From Myxococcota bacterium (GTDB taxonomy: Bacteria > Myxococcota_A > UBA796 > CAJQPC01): DNA of 64,000 bases. The position numbers and the translations under genes were made by a program. This document shows, piece after piece, positions 11,812 to 22,237 of the stretch (within the stretch, counting starts at the first letter, position 1; every line of letters begins with the position of its first letter). The notes under the pieces were generated by a model, which was not told where the DNA came from, searched no databases, and worked only from the letters and a program-made list of their open reading frames with translations. Location of the stretch: the NCBI GenBank assembly GCA_036012755.1, contig DASCPX010000027.1, positions 288,001 to 352,000 of the forward strand. Direction: 5' to 3'.

Positions 11812-13068
11812 ATGAGCGTCCCCTACGACCGCCTTGGCATTCCCAAGGAGCACAGGGCCACCCTCGGGAACGAGGCGCCCGCCGAGACCAAGCTGGCGCT
11901 GGCACGCGGCGAGACCGAGATCGACCCCGACATCCACCTGTCGATGCTCTACGTGCTCGTCGGTGACGCCAACGCGACGGTGCGCGCGACAGCAGAGCAG
12001 GCCTTCCGCACGATGGCCGAGGACGACGTCATCAGCGGGCTCACCCCCAGGACCCACCCCAAGATCCTGGAGTACATCGTCGAGACCCGGCGGGACCCCC
12101 ACATCCGCATGCGCATCTACGGCTTCGCCAACATGAACGATCGCACCGCGCGCGCCATCGTCCGCGAGGCCACCGGCGAGGTCCTCGACGCTGTGGGCTA
12201 CGGCTTCGAGCGCATGCTGATGACGCCGAAGATCTACCTCGACCTCAAGCGCAATCCGCAGGTCACGGAGCAGATGCTCGAGCGCGTCGCGGCTTTCCTC
12301 CGCATGCAGCAGATGCTGCCCGAAGACGAGGCGGACGAGGGCGCGGACGGGGGCCCCAAGGTCATCCGCGAGGGGCAGGAGGGTGACGACGCCTTCAGAT
12401 CCCGACGCCTGGTGCGAGAGGGCGACGCCCGCGACGTGAACGCCGAGGTCGAGGCGGCGCTGTTGGGGCTCCCCTCCCCCTACACCAACCCAGACGTCGC
12501 CGACCGCCTCGACATCCTCGTGCTCGCGGACCAGGCCAGCGCAGAGGACCTCAAGGAGGAGTTCGTCTTCAACTTCGACGACGAGGCCGAGGAGTTCGCC
12601 CAGCGCCTGACGACGGAACAGGAGCTCAGCAGCGAGGAGGCCCGAGGCGTCGCGGGAATGATCGCGGACCTTCCGGTCGGCAAGAAGATCAAGCTGGCCT
12701 ATCTCGGCAACGTCGAGGCCAGGAAGGTGCTCTTGCGGGACACCAACAAGTCGGTGTCGGTCGCGGTCGTCAAGTCCGGGCGGATGAGCGCCGGCGAGGC
12801 GGCGCAGGCTGCGGCGAACAAGAACCTCCACATGGACGTCCTTCGCGAGATCGCGACGAACCGCGAGTACCTGCGTCGCTACAACGTGAAGGTCAGCCTC
12901 GCCAACAACCCGAAGACGCCCGTGAGCATCGCCGCGGGGCTGATCTCACAGCTCCACCGGGCGGATCTGAACTCCCTCGCCCGCAACAAGAACATCAGCT
13001 CGGTGGTCTCGAAGATGGCCAACAACCTGGTCAAGCAACGCACCGAGACGTCCTCGCGCGGCCGCTGA
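11812..13068 (+). CDS. Hypothetical helical-repeat protein
   Basis: Good codon usage; LRV/HEAT-like motifs (KRNPQV, LANNPKTP, ARNKNIS). Confidence 0.75.
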   Translation: MSVPYDRLGIPKEHRATLGNEAPAETKLALARGETEIDPDIHLSMLYVLVGDANATVRATAEQAFRTMAEDDVISGLTPRTHPKILEYIVETRRDPHIRMRIYGFANMNDRTARAIVREATGEVLDAVGYGFERMLMTPKIYLDLKRNPQVTEQMLERVAAFLRMQQMLPEDEADEGADGGPKVIREGQEGDDAFRSRRLVREGDARDVNAEVEAALLGLPSPYTNPDVADRLDILVLADQASAEDLKEEFVFNFDDEAEEFAQRLTTEQELSSEEARGVAGMIADLPVGKKIKLAYLGNVEARKVLLRDTNKSVSVAVVKSGRMSAGEAAQAAANKNLHMDVLREIATNREYLRRYNVKVSLANNPKTPVSIAAGLISQLHRADLNSLARNKNISSVVSKMANNLVKQRTETSSRGR

Positions 13069-15159
13069 TCAGTCGTCCGAGTCCCGGCGGAAGGGGCTGT
13101 CGCTGACGATCTTGTCCTTGAGGTGCGAGGGGACCTCGACGTAGCCGGCGAAGGTCATCGTGAAGGTGCCCTTGCCCGCCGTCATGGAGCGGAGGTCCGG
13201 CGCGTAGCGCTGGATCTCGGCCAGCGGACAGGATGCGTTGATCACTGTCTTCTTGCCCTTGGGCTCCATGCCCATCACGCGACCGCGGCGGCTGGTGATG
13301 TCCCCCATGATGTCCCCCATGCTCGTGCTGGGGACGACGATCTGCATGTCGTAGACAGGCTCGAGGATCTTGTAGCCGCCCTTGTCGAGCGCAGCCTGAA
13401 GGCCCTTGCTGCCAGCCATCTGGAAGGCGACGTCCTTGCTGTCGACCGGGTGGTACTTGCCGTCGGTCAGCGTGATCCGGAGGTCGACCAGCGGGTAGCC
13501 GCTGATGTTCCCCGACCTCATCCGCGCGACCACGCCCTTCTCGACGCTCGGGATGAACTGCTTGGGGATCGAGCCACCGAAGATCTTGTCCACGAACTCG
13601 AAGCCGCCGCCCCGCGGGAGGGGCTCGACGTCGAGGTAGCAGACACCGAACTGGCCAGCGCCGCCGGTCTGCTTCTTGTGCTTGCCCTCGACCTTGATGA
13701 CCTTCCTCCGGATGGTCTCGCGGTAGGGCACGGCGGGCAGGTCGCAGTCGACGGCGACCTTGAACTTCCGCTTCATCTTCGCGACGGAGAGATCGAGGTG
13801 AGCCTGGCCCATGCCCTGGAGCACGAGGGACTTCGACAGCTCGCTGTAGCCGATGGACAGCGTCGGGTCCTCGTCGATCAGCCGATCGACGGCCACCTTC
13901 AGCTTGTCCTCGTCGCCCTTGCTGCTGGCGACGATCGTGTACTCCATCATCGCCGGCGGGTAGCTCTGGGCCGGAAGGACCGTCACCTCCCCGAGACTGG
14001 CGAGGGTGTTGTTCGTGTGGGTGCTCTTCAGCTTCGCGACGGAGACGATGTCACCGGCGATTCCACCGTCGAGCGCTTCGCGTTCGGTCCCGCGCAGGGC
14101 GTAGAGCGTGCCGAGACGCTCGGACTCCTCCGCGCTCGTGTTGAGGATTCCGCCGTCCGCCGGGGTCTGGCCGCTGAAGATGCGGAAGATGCTGACCTTT
14201 CCGGAGAACTCGTCCATGAAGGTCTTGATCACCTGCCCGTAGAAGGCGCCGCCATCGCTGATGACCACCTCCGTCGGGTTGCCGTCACCGTCCTCGCCGG
14301 AGATGGGCTGCCGCTCGAGAGGGCTCCCAACAGCCCAGCACGCGAGGTCCAGGAGAGCCTCGACGCCGATGTTCAGCCCAGCCGAGGTGTAGAGCACGGG
14401 GACGAGCTCGCCGGTCTTGAGGGCCTTCTGGAAACCGCCCTTCACCTCGTCCTCGGAGAGCTCGAAGGTGTCGAGGTACTTCTCGAGCAAGGGCTCGTCG
14501 GTCTCTGCGACGCACTCGACGAGGTTCTCCCAGGCCGCCGCGACCTCGTCGGACAGCTCATCGGGGATGTCCGCCTTGTCGAAGGCTCCGCTGCCGTCCT
14601 TCTTGAACATCAGCGCCTTCATCTGCATCAGGCTCACGACGCCCTCGAAGGAGTCCTCGCTCCCGATCGGCACCTGGAGCGGGACGGGCTTGCAGCCGAA
14701 GATCTCCTCGAACTCGGACAGCGCCCCAGCGGCGTCCGCCCGCTCGCGGTCCATCTTGTTGATGACCAGGACACGGGGCAGCCCCAGCTCCACGGCACGG
14801 TTGAAGACCGCCTCGGTCTGGACCTCGATGCCGTCCGGAGCGCTGACGACGATGAACGCCGCGTCAGCGCCTTGCATCGCTGTGAAGGCGTCGAAGATGA
14901 AGTTGCCGTCCCCGGGGGTGTCGATGATGTTGATCTTCTTCCCGGAGTGCTCCACCCAGGCAAAGCTCGACCCGATCGAGCCGCCGCGGTTGTGCTCCTC
15001 TGGCTCGAAGTCCAGGATCGAGGTCGGCGTTCCCGCTATGCCGAGCCGATTGGTCGCGCCGGAGTTGAAGAGCATGGCCTCCGCGAGAGAGGTCTTGCCG
15101 CTCACGCCGTGTCCGACGAGAGCGATGTTGCGGATGTCAGCGGAGCCGTACTTGGGCAT
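13069..15159 (-). CDS. fusA: Elongation factor G paralog (EF-G2 type)
   Basis: GHGVSGKTS, DTPG, NKMD, GMGQAHL, KHKKQTGGAGQF, YHPVDS; divergent G1/G2 motifs. Confidence 0.9.
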   Translation of the reverse strand: MPKYGSADIRNIALVGHGVSGKTSLAEAMLFNSGATNRLGIAGTPTSILDFEPEEHNRGGSIGSSFAWVEHSGKKINIIDTPGDGNFIFDAFTAMQGADAAFIVVSAPDGIEVQTEAVFNRAVELGLPRVLVINKMDRERADAAGALSEFEEIFGCKPVPLQVPIGSEDSFEGVVSLMQMKALMFKKDGSGAFDKADIPDELSDEVAAAWENLVECVAETDEPLLEKYLDTFELSEDEVKGGFQKALKTGELVPVLYTSAGLNIGVEALLDLACWAVGSPLERQPISGEDGDGNPTEVVISDGGAFYGQVIKTFMDEFSGKVSIFRIFSGQTPADGGILNTSAEESERLGTLYALRGTEREALDGGIAGDIVSVAKLKSTHTNNTLASLGEVTVLPAQSYPPAMMEYTIVASSKGDEDKLKVAVDRLIDEDPTLSIGYSELSKSLVLQGMGQAHLDLSVAKMKRKFKVAVDCDLPAVPYRETIRRKVIKVEGKHKKQTGGAGQFGVCYLDVEPLPRGGGFEFVDKIFGGSIPKQFIPSVEKGVVARMRSGNISGYPLVDLRITLTDGKYHPVDSKDVAFQMAGSKGLQAALDKGGYKILEPVYDMQIVVPSTSMGDIMGDITSRRGRVMGMEPKGKKTVINASCPLAEIQRYAPDLRSMTAGKGTFTMTFAGYVEVPSHLKDKIVSDSPFRRDSDD

Positions 15160-15212
15160 TGAGTCTCCGAGATTCGTAGAGGTTCGACCCTTAATGACCA
15201 CCTCCAAGGTGG

Positions 15213-15983
15213 TCAACGCCTGGGGCGGTTCCTCGCGAAGAGCTTGGACAGACCGCGCAGCGTCAGGTACTCGTCGACGTCATCGATCTCGCCGCAGGCG
15301 CGCCCGATGAGGTTGCTGAAGCCACCGGTGGCGACACAGCGGACGTCCCCACCGAGAGCCTCCTTGCAGCACCGGGCGAGGTGGTCGACGAGGCCGACGT
15401 AGCCGTAGAAGAGCCCGGACTGCATCGCGGTCACCGTGTTCGTCCCGATGGGTGAGCGGGGCTTCTTGACCTCGACCCGCGGGAGCTTCGAGGTCTTCGA
15501 GAACAGCGCCTCTGCGCTGATGACGATTCCCGGGGCGATGGCGCCGCCGACGTAGTCGCCTTGATCGTTCACGCAGTCGAATGTGGTGGCGGTCCCGAAG
15601 TCGATGACGACCAGCGGCGGCTCCCAGGTCTCCAGCGCGGCCACGCAGTTGACGATGCGATCGCTGCCGACCTCCCTGGGGTTGTCGGTGCGGACGCGCA
15701 TGCCGGTCTTGAGGGCCTTGCCCACGACGAGCGGCTCGACCTCGAGGTACCGCCGGCAGGCCTTCTCGATGTTGAACAGCGTGCTGGGCACGACGTTGCT
15801 GACGATCACGCCCTCGATCGCGGCCAGCTCGTGGCCTGCGTGCCGCAGCAGCTCGAGCAGCGTGAGTCCGAACTCGTCGGTGGTGCGCGTGACGGTCGTG
15901 ACCCGCCAGCGCTCGATGACCTCTCCTCCGCTCATGAGGCCGAGGACGATGTTGGTGTTTCCTACGTCGATGACCAGGAGCAT
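15213..15983 (-). CDS. coaX: Type III pantothenate kinase
   Basis: IDVGNTN, VGSDR, IDFGTATT, GGAIAPG. Confidence 0.95.
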   Translation of the reverse strand: MLLVIDVGNTNIVLGLMSGGEVIERWRVTTVTRTTDEFGLTLLELLRHAGHELAAIEGVIVSNVVPSTLFNIEKACRRYLEVEPLVVGKALKTGMRVRTDNPREVGSDRIVNCVAALETWEPPLVVIDFGTATTFDCVNDQGDYVGGAIAPGIVISAEALFSKTSKLPRVEVKKPRSPIGTNTVTAMQSGLFYGYVGLVDHLARCCKEALGGDVRCVATGGFSNLIGRACGEIDDVDEYLTLRGLSKLFARNRPRR

Positions 15984-15992
15984 CGACGGCTC

Positions 15993-18158
15993 CTAACGCG
16001 CTACGCGGTCCACACTGATGACGCCCCGGATCTTCTCGAGGCGGCGGATCAGCCCGGTCAACTCCGCGACGTCGGTGACGCCGATCTCCAGGTCGCACTC
16101 TGCCTTGTCGTCGCCGACGACCTGGACGTTCGCCGCCGAGATGTTGATGCCGGCGTCGGTGCAGGTCTTCGTGATGTTGGCGAGCAGCCCCGGACGGTCG
16201 ACGCAGATGAGCCGGATGCCGCTCATGTGTTGGACGCCCTCGACCTTGGAGTCCCACTGGACGGTGATGCGCCGCTCCGGCTCCAGCGCCAGGAGCTGTG
16301 GGCACTGGCGGCGGTGCACGCTGATGCCGCGGCCGCGGGTGATGTAGCCCCGCACGGGCTCCCCAGGCAGCGGGTTGCAGCACTTGGCGAAGGAGACCAA
16401 CACGTCCTCTTCGCCGTCGATGAGCACAGGGCTGACGCTTCGGCGCCGGATCCGACTGAGCAGGCGCTCCAGCGCGCCGGCCTCCTTCTCGTCCCGCTCG
16501 CTCTCCCAGTCGTAGTCCGGGAGCAACTCGCGGACGTGGCCGGTGATCGGGGAGTGGCCTTGCGTGATGTCGATGAACAGCGACTCCGCGTCGCGGAAGC
16601 CGTGGCTCTTGCACAGCCGCTTCAGCGCACCGCTCTTGACTACGGCGTTCAGGCTCGTCCCCCGCTTCTTGAGCTCGTTCTCGAGGACCTCGCGCCCCAG
16701 GCGCGCCCCGGTCCGCCGCTCCTCCTGGCGCAGGAACTTCCGGATCCGGCCGAGGGCCCGAGAGGTCCGCGCGACGTTGAGCCAGTCTCGCCGAGGGTGC
16801 TGGTTCTTGCCGGTGATGACCTCGACCGTGTCACCGCTCTGAAGCCGGTACTCCAGCTTCACCATCTTGCCGTTGACCTTGGCGCCGGTGCAGGTGTTGC
16901 CCACCTCGGTGTGGACCGCGTAGGCGAAGTCCAGCGCCGTCGCCCCCCGCGGGAACTCGATCACGTCGCCCTTCGGGGTGAAGACGAAGACCTCGTTGTG
17001 GAACAGGTCGAGCTTCACGGCCTCCATGAACTCGTCCGGATCCTCGACCTCGCGGGCGCTCTCGAAGACCTCTCGCAGGCGGCTGATCTGGTTGACGGCG
17101 GCGGCGGACAGCGCGAGGTGCCCTTCCTTGTAGCGCCAGTGGGCGGCCACGCCGCGCTCGGCGATCTCGTGCATGTCGGTGGTGCGGATCTGGACCTCGA
17201 AGCGGCGCCCCTCGGGCCCGAACACCGTCGTGTGGAGGCTGCGATACCCATTGCTCTTGGGCATCGCGATGTAGTCCTTGATGCGGTCGGGTACGGGCTG
17301 GAAGAAGGCGTGCACGTAGCCGAGGGTCCCGTAGCACTGGGTGATGTCGGGCACGATGACCCGGAACGCGAGCAGGTCGTGGAGCTGCTCGAACTCGACC
17401 TTCTGGGTCTGCATCTTGCGGAAGATGCTCATGAGGTGCTTGGCCCGACCGGTGATGGACTCGGGCTTGACGCCGCGCCTCAGGAGCTCTCGCTCCAGGG
17501 TACCCGTGACCCTGCCGATGTAGGCCTCGCGGCTGTCCCGGGTCTCGTCCAACTTGGCGACCAGCTCCGCATGGACGCGCGGATGCAAGTGCTCGAGGCA
17601 GTGGTTCTCGAGCTCCACCTTCCAGGGCGTGAGCCCGAGCCGCGCCGCGAGCGGGGCGTAGATGTCGAGGGTCTCTTGAGAGATGCGGGCCTTCTTGTGG
17701 TCCGGCATGGAGCCCAGGGTCCGCATGTTGTGGAGCCGGTCGGCGAGCTTCACCAGGATCACGCGGACGTCCTGTGACATCGCCACCATCATTTTCCTGA
17801 AGTTCTCAGCCGCAGCCTCTTCCTTGCTGCGGAACTGGAGCTTCGAGATCTTCGTGACCCCGTCGACGAGGTCGGCGATGACGTCCGAGAAGGTCTCGGC
17901 GATCTGCTCCTTGGTGACGAAGCAGTCTTCGAGGACGTCGTGCAGCAGGGCCGTGGCGACGGTGTCGACGTCCATCTTCTGCCCGACGAGGATGCCGGCG
18001 ACGGCCAGCGGATGGGTGAAGTAGGCCTCTCCTGACTTGCGCGACTGGTCCTTGTGGGCCTTCGCCGCGTAGAAGTACGCGCGCATCACGACGTCGAGGT
18101 CGGCGTCGGGTGCGTAGACGGAGATGTCGTCGAGGATATCGTTGAGGCGGAGCGCCAC
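15993..18158 (-). CDS. rel: Bifunctional (p)ppGpp synthetase/hydrolase Rel
   Basis: HD hydrolase (LLHDVLED), synthetase (RIKDY, YRSLHT, EVQIRT), TGS, CC and ACT domains. Confidence 0.95.
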   Translation of the reverse strand: MALRLNDILDDISVYAPDADLDVVMRAYFYAAKAHKDQSRKSGEAYFTHPLAVAGILVGQKMDVDTVATALLHDVLEDCFVTKEQIAETFSDVIADLVDGVTKISKLQFRSKEEAAAENFRKMMVAMSQDVRVILVKLADRLHNMRTLGSMPDHKKARISQETLDIYAPLAARLGLTPWKVELENHCLEHLHPRVHAELVAKLDETRDSREAYIGRVTGTLERELLRRGVKPESITGRAKHLMSIFRKMQTQKVEFEQLHDLLAFRVIVPDITQCYGTLGYVHAFFQPVPDRIKDYIAMPKSNGYRSLHTTVFGPEGRRFEVQIRTTDMHEIAERGVAAHWRYKEGHLALSAAAVNQISRLREVFESAREVEDPDEFMEAVKLDLFHNEVFVFTPKGDVIEFPRGATALDFAYAVHTEVGNTCTGAKVNGKMVKLEYRLQSGDTVEVITGKNQHPRRDWLNVARTSRALGRIRKFLRQEERRTGARLGREVLENELKKRGTSLNAVVKSGALKRLCKSHGFRDAESLFIDITQGHSPITGHVRELLPDYDWESERDEKEAGALERLLSRIRRRSVSPVLIDGEEDVLVSFAKCCNPLPGEPVRGYITRGRGISVHRRQCPQLLALEPERRITVQWDSKVEGVQHMSGIRLICVDRPGLLANITKTCTDAGINISAANVQVVGDDKAECDLEIGVTDVAELTGLIRRLEKIRGVISVDRVAR

Positions 18159-18229
18159 CGGTCACCGTGCGAGGCCCGGCAAGGAACTTAGCACCGGGTC
18201 GTAGGAGTCAAAGCCCTGGACAAGCGGAT

Positions 18230-18895
18230 CTACGGAGTTTTCTGTCCGGCCGGCGTGCCCGCCGCTGGTCTCCCGCACATCGCCTGGACGAGGCCCTCCC
18301 GGCGGCACCGCCTCTGGAACTCGGCGAGGAAGACCGCCTGGAAGCAGCGATGTGCCGTGTCGAGGTCGTCGTTGACCACCAGGTAGTCGAAGTCCCCGCA
18401 GTGGCCGACCTGGTCCATCAGCTGGGCCATGCGGGAGGCGATGATCTCTTCGCTGTCGGTGCCGCGACTCCGCAGACGATCCTCCAGCGCCGCCAGGGAG
18501 GCGGGCAACACGAAGATCGTCACCGCGTCCGGGAAGCTCCCCCGCACCTGCGCGGCGCCCTGCACGTCGATGTCGAGCACCACGCTCCGGCCCTCCGCCA
18601 GCGCTGCCTCGACAGGCGCACGGGGCGTCCCGTAGCGGTTGTCATAGACCCTGGCCCACTCGAGCAGGGCCTCGTCGGCAAGCAGCCTGTCGAAGCCCGT
18701 CTGCCCGACGAAGTGGTAGTCGACACCCTCTTCCTCGCCGGCTCGCATCGAACGGGTCGTCGCGGAGACCGAGAACTCCACGCCGGGGATCTCGACAAGG
18801 GCCTGACGCAACAGGGTGGTCTTGCCGGAGCCGCTAGCGCCCGTCACCACGAACAGCACCCCGGTGTCGGGCCCTTGCCAGCGCAGCATCGCCAT
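18230..18895 (-). CDS. gmk: Guanylate kinase
   Basis: GASGSGKTT, SATTR, GVDYHF, YGTP, DIDVQGA. Confidence 0.95.
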   Translation of the reverse strand: MAMLRWQGPDTGVLFVVTGASGSGKTTLLRQALVEIPGVEFSVSATTRSMRAGEEEGVDYHFVGQTGFDRLLADEALLEWARVYDNRYGTPRAPVEAALAEGRSVVLDIDVQGAAQVRGSFPDAVTIFVLPASLAALEDRLRSRGTDSEEIIASRMAQLMDQVGHCGDFDYLVVNDDLDTAHRCFQAVFLAEFQRRCRREGLVQAMCGRPAAGTPAGQKTP

Positions 18896-19765
18896 CTACT
18901 CGACGTTCGCGACCTGCTCGCGGATGCGCTCGAGGGTCGACTTCATGTCGACGACGAGCGCAGACACCGCGTGCTCGGCTGCCTTGGACCCGATGGTGTT
19001 GATCTCGCGGTTCATTTCTTGCGCGAGGAAGTCCAGCCGCCGGCCGATCGGTTCGGGGCGGCCCAGGGCCGCGAGGAACTGCTTGTTGTGGGACTGGAGC
19101 CTCGCGAGCTCCTCGGCGACGTCGGCCTTGTCCGCCAGCACAGCGGCTTCCTGGGCGAGGCGGTCCGGATCGACCCGGTCCCCGACGAGCTTGTTCAGGC
19201 GATCCATCAAACGCAAGCGGAGCCGCGCCGCGACTCCATCCGCCTCCAGCGCGACCTTCTGGCGGAGATCATCGATCTCGCCGACGAGGTCCGTCAGCAC
19301 CCTGCGCATGGCCTCGCCTTCCTTCTCCCGCATCTCGGTGAGGTGCTTGGCCGCGGCGATCAGCGCGGTCTCGAGGACGTGCCACTCCCCCGTGACGTCG
19401 AGAACCTGCTCCACCGTCACGAGCACACCGGGGAGGCCGGCGAGGAAGGCGAGGTCGACCTCCGCCTCGACTCCGAGCGACCGCGCGAGCTCGCTCAGGG
19501 AGCTGTGGTAGGTCTCGGCCATCGCCTTGTCGACCATCACACCCATGCCGCCCTGGCGGGCGACCCGGCGCACGAAGACATCGATCCTGCCGCGCCCGAA
19601 GCGGGGCTTCAGCGCGGTGGCGATCCGCGGCTCAAAGGCCATGTACTCACGTGGGCAGCGCAGCTGCAGGTCGCGGAAGCGGTTGTTCACCGACTTCATC
19701 TCGACGGTGACGGTGACGCCCTCGCCGCTGGCCTCGCCCCGGCCGAACCCGGTCATGCTGTTCAT
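18896..19765 (-). CDS. yicC: YicC/YloC family endoribonuclease
   Basis: MNSMTGFGR, GRRLDFLAQEMNREINTIGSK, REQVANVE. Confidence 0.95.
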   Translation of the reverse strand: MNSMTGFGRGEASGEGVTVTVEMKSVNNRFRDLQLRCPREYMAFEPRIATALKPRFGRGRIDVFVRRVARQGGMGVMVDKAMAETYHSSLSELARSLGVEAEVDLAFLAGLPGVLVTVEQVLDVTGEWHVLETALIAAAKHLTEMREKEGEAMRRVLTDLVGEIDDLRQKVALEADGVAARLRLRLMDRLNKLVGDRVDPDRLAQEAAVLADKADVAEELARLQSHNKQFLAALGRPEPIGRRLDFLAQEMNREINTIGSKAAEHAVSALVVDMKSTLERIREQVANVE

Positions 19766-19802
19766 GGCCGCGTCTTAACGCGCCGCCTCGAGGGCGCCTC
19801 GC

Positions 19803-20729
19803 TCAGCAATCGCCGCTGTCGCCGTCGGAGCAGGTGTAGACGCAGCTGTCGTCAGCGCCGTAGGTCAAGTCGCAGGTCGTGCCATCACTGAAGGTCCACA
19901 GCCCCGTGCCCGAGCCGTCGTAGTTGCGCTCGGTGTGGACGTCGGCGTAGGGCTCCTCGCTGCCCTCGGCGACCGTGTAGTCCTCGACGGTGAAGCCGTT
20001 CTTCGCGACGTCGGTGGTGCCGATGTAGACGTAGTTGCTGTCCTTGTGGACCTGACTCCACTCCTGGGTCTCTTCTCCCTTGGAGTTCGTCCGGGACCAC
20101 GAGTCGTAGGCGATCGTGTCGCCGTCGTAGCTGACGTTCCGAACGTAGGCGAGCTCGGAGGTCCACTGGCCCCAGGCGCTCTCGATGCCGCTGCCGACCT
20201 CCGTCTCGGCGCTCCACTCGACCTTGTCGTCGCTGACGATGTCGTAGGCGACCTCGTACTGGGGGTAGCGTGGGAGGCTGCCGTCATCCTCCTCCCAGCG
20301 GTACTTGATCCAGCCCTTGCAGCCCATGCGCTCGTCACGGCGAACATAGGTGACGGTGTTCCCGAGGACGTCCTCCTCCGTGATCTTGGCGCGGACGTCG
20401 AGGTTGCCGTTGGTGTAGACCGTCCCGTAGTTGCCGAACTCCGCGATGGTCCGCTTGCTCACCATGTAGCTGTCGTTGGTGTACTCGACCGTGTAGTCGA
20501 AGTTGCCGCTGCGGGTGCTGTAGCTGCCCTTCACGGAGCGGACGTTGGCGGGCTCGTAGTCGAAGTCCCAGGCGTAGGTGGCCTCCGCCCCCTCTTTCGG
20601 CTCGCCGCGGTCCACGTACAGGGCGAGGTCGTCGAACCAGCCGAACACGTCGTTGTCACAGCGTATGTTGCTGTCGAGGAAGTTGCCCCCGACCTCGGGG
20701 TTGCAGGCCATTGCGAGCAGGACGAACAT
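19803..20729 (-). CDS. Hypothetical beta-rich lipoprotein
   Basis: MFVLLAMAC signal; Y/D/T/S-rich; Cys-containing C-terminus. Confidence 0.75.
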   Translation of the reverse strand: MFVLLAMACNPEVGGNFLDSNIRCDNDVFGWFDDLALYVDRGEPKEGAEATYAWDFDYEPANVRSVKGSYSTRSGNFDYTVEYTNDSYMVSKRTIAEFGNYGTVYTNGNLDVRAKITEEDVLGNTVTYVRRDERMGCKGWIKYRWEEDDGSLPRYPQYEVAYDIVSDDKVEWSAETEVGSGIESAWGQWTSELAYVRNVSYDGDTIAYDSWSRTNSKGEETQEWSQVHKDSNYVYIGTTDVAKNGFTVEDYTVAEGSEEPYADVHTERNYDGSGTGLWTFSDGTTCDLTYGADDSCVYTCSDGDSGDC

Positions 20730-20749
20730 CGTGTCTCCAAGCGTCTGGA

Positions 20750-22237
20750 TTACAGACGGCGCCGTCGACTCGCAAGGGCCACCAGGCGGCTCGTCTGGCT
20801 GGCGCTGAGCCCGAAGGCGGAGACGAGGTCTTCGTCGTCGCCGTCGAGCCAGCCGGACGGAACCGGCAAACCCTTGATAACGTTCGGATACAGGTCAAGG
20901 CGCGCGCCGCCTTCGATCCGGAGCAGGCCGTCGACGAGGGGGCTCCTGAGAAGGGTCAAGAGTCTGTCCAGATCCATGTCCTCCATGGGCCGGACCACCG
21001 TGAGCGTGTGCCCGGCGTAGAGACCCTCCAGGTCGATCACCGCGCGGACCGGGTGGGGACCGCGCAGACGCTGGACGAGGATCTTGGGTCCCTCGAAAAG
21101 CGCCGGACGCTTCGCTCGGTGCATCTGTCGGGGTCGATAGTCGAGCCAACGCCGCCTCCCCTCCAGCAGATCCCTCGCGTCCACGTAGGGCACGCGTCCC
21201 CCGCCAGGCTGGTCGCTGAGCAAGCGCGCCTTGCCTCCCTTCGGCCCATGGGCGACCACGCCGGTGTCGACCTCGCACAGCGTCCCGAGGGTGACCGCGT
21301 GCCTCCGCATGTGTTCGACCAGGCCAGGGTCGCCGTGCTCCAGCGCGCGGTCGAGGGGGGCGTTGTCCAAGGCCAGGAGCTCGCCCGCCTCCATGCGCGG
21401 GTCCCAGGGCATCGGCGCGGGACCCTCGCCGATCGCCCAGGTCGCGAGGACGACCTCCACGCCAGCCCCCTCGAAGGGCGTGGGGCTCGACAGCTCCATG
21501 AGGCGGTGGCTCGCGAGCCAGCGCCGGCGCAGCGCCGCGGCATATGGCTGACTGGCCAGGGAGCTCGGCAGCACCAGGGCCGCCCGTCGAGTCGCGAGCT
21601 CCACCGCGTGGGCCAGGAAGGGCACGGCCAGGTCGAAGCGACCGCGAAGCCAGTCGAAGCGCTCCGAGAGGCGCGCGCGCAGCACCTTGTCCTGGTGCTC
21701 GGCGGAGACGAAGGGCGGGTTGCAGAGCACCACCTCGGCGCCCTCGTCCCGCTCGAAGGCACTGCAGCGCTCGAGGTGGGCCTCCGGCACGGCGACGCTG
21801 GCGACGGCCAGCGCTGCCTGGTCGAGGTCCCAGCCCCTGATCCGGCTGGCTCCTGCTTGCTTCGCGGCGAGGAGGAAGGCGCCGGGACCACAGGCGGGGT
21901 CCAGCACGTCGTCTCCGCAGGCGCGAGCGAGCCCACGTGCCATCTGCCGGGGAGTGTCCCAGGCACCCCGACGCTTCCGCCCCGCCAGATCGAGCACCGG
22001 GAAGGGCTCGCCAGCGGAGAAGACCGCCACGGCGCGCGCGCTGTCGGGCTTCAGGCGCTGGAGGCGCTCACCCACGCCGGTGTCCATATCGAGGACGACG
22101 ACCTGCGCACGAGCCAGGGCGCCGGCCACCTCCACGACCCTCCAGGGGTCATCCGCGAGGAGCTCCGCGGCCGCACGACAGGCGATGGTGTGGTCGCCGT
22201 CGTAGACCTCTCGCCACCGGGAGAGCGCCCTACGCAT
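20750..22237 (-). CDS. N6-adenine DNA methyltransferase (gamma class, TaqI-like C-terminus)
   Basis: Motif I VLDPACGPGAFL, motif IV NPPF, preceded by GAWDTP; C-terminal PKILVQRL specificity-like region. Confidence 0.8.
   Translation of the reverse strand: MRRALSRWREVYDGDHTIACRAAAELLADDPWRVVEVAGALARAQVVVLDMDTGVGERLQRLKPDSARAVAVFSAGEPFPVLDLAGRKRRGAWDTPRQMARGLARACGDDVLDPACGPGAFLLAAKQAGASRIRGWDLDQAALAVASVAVPEAHLERCSAFERDEGAEVVLCNPPFVSAEHQDKVLRARLSERFDWLRGRFDLAVPFLAHAVELATRRAALVLPSSLASQPYAAALRRRWLASHRLMELSSPTPFEGAGVEVVLATWAIGEGPAPMPWDPRMEAGELLALDNAPLDRALEHGDPGLVEHMRRHAVTLGTLCEVDTGVVAHGPKGGKARLLSDQPGGGRVPYVDARDLLEGRRRWLDYRPRQMHRAKRPALFEGPKILVQRLRGPHPVRAVIDLEGLYAGHTLTVVRPMEDMDLDRLLTLLRSPLVDGLLRIEGGARLDLYPNVIKGLPVPSGWLDGDDEDLVSAFGLSASQTSRLVALASRRRRL

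Noticed and set aside
20750..22237. Complete restriction-modification or other defence system
   Set aside because: No endonuclease, specificity subunit or other defence gene adjacent
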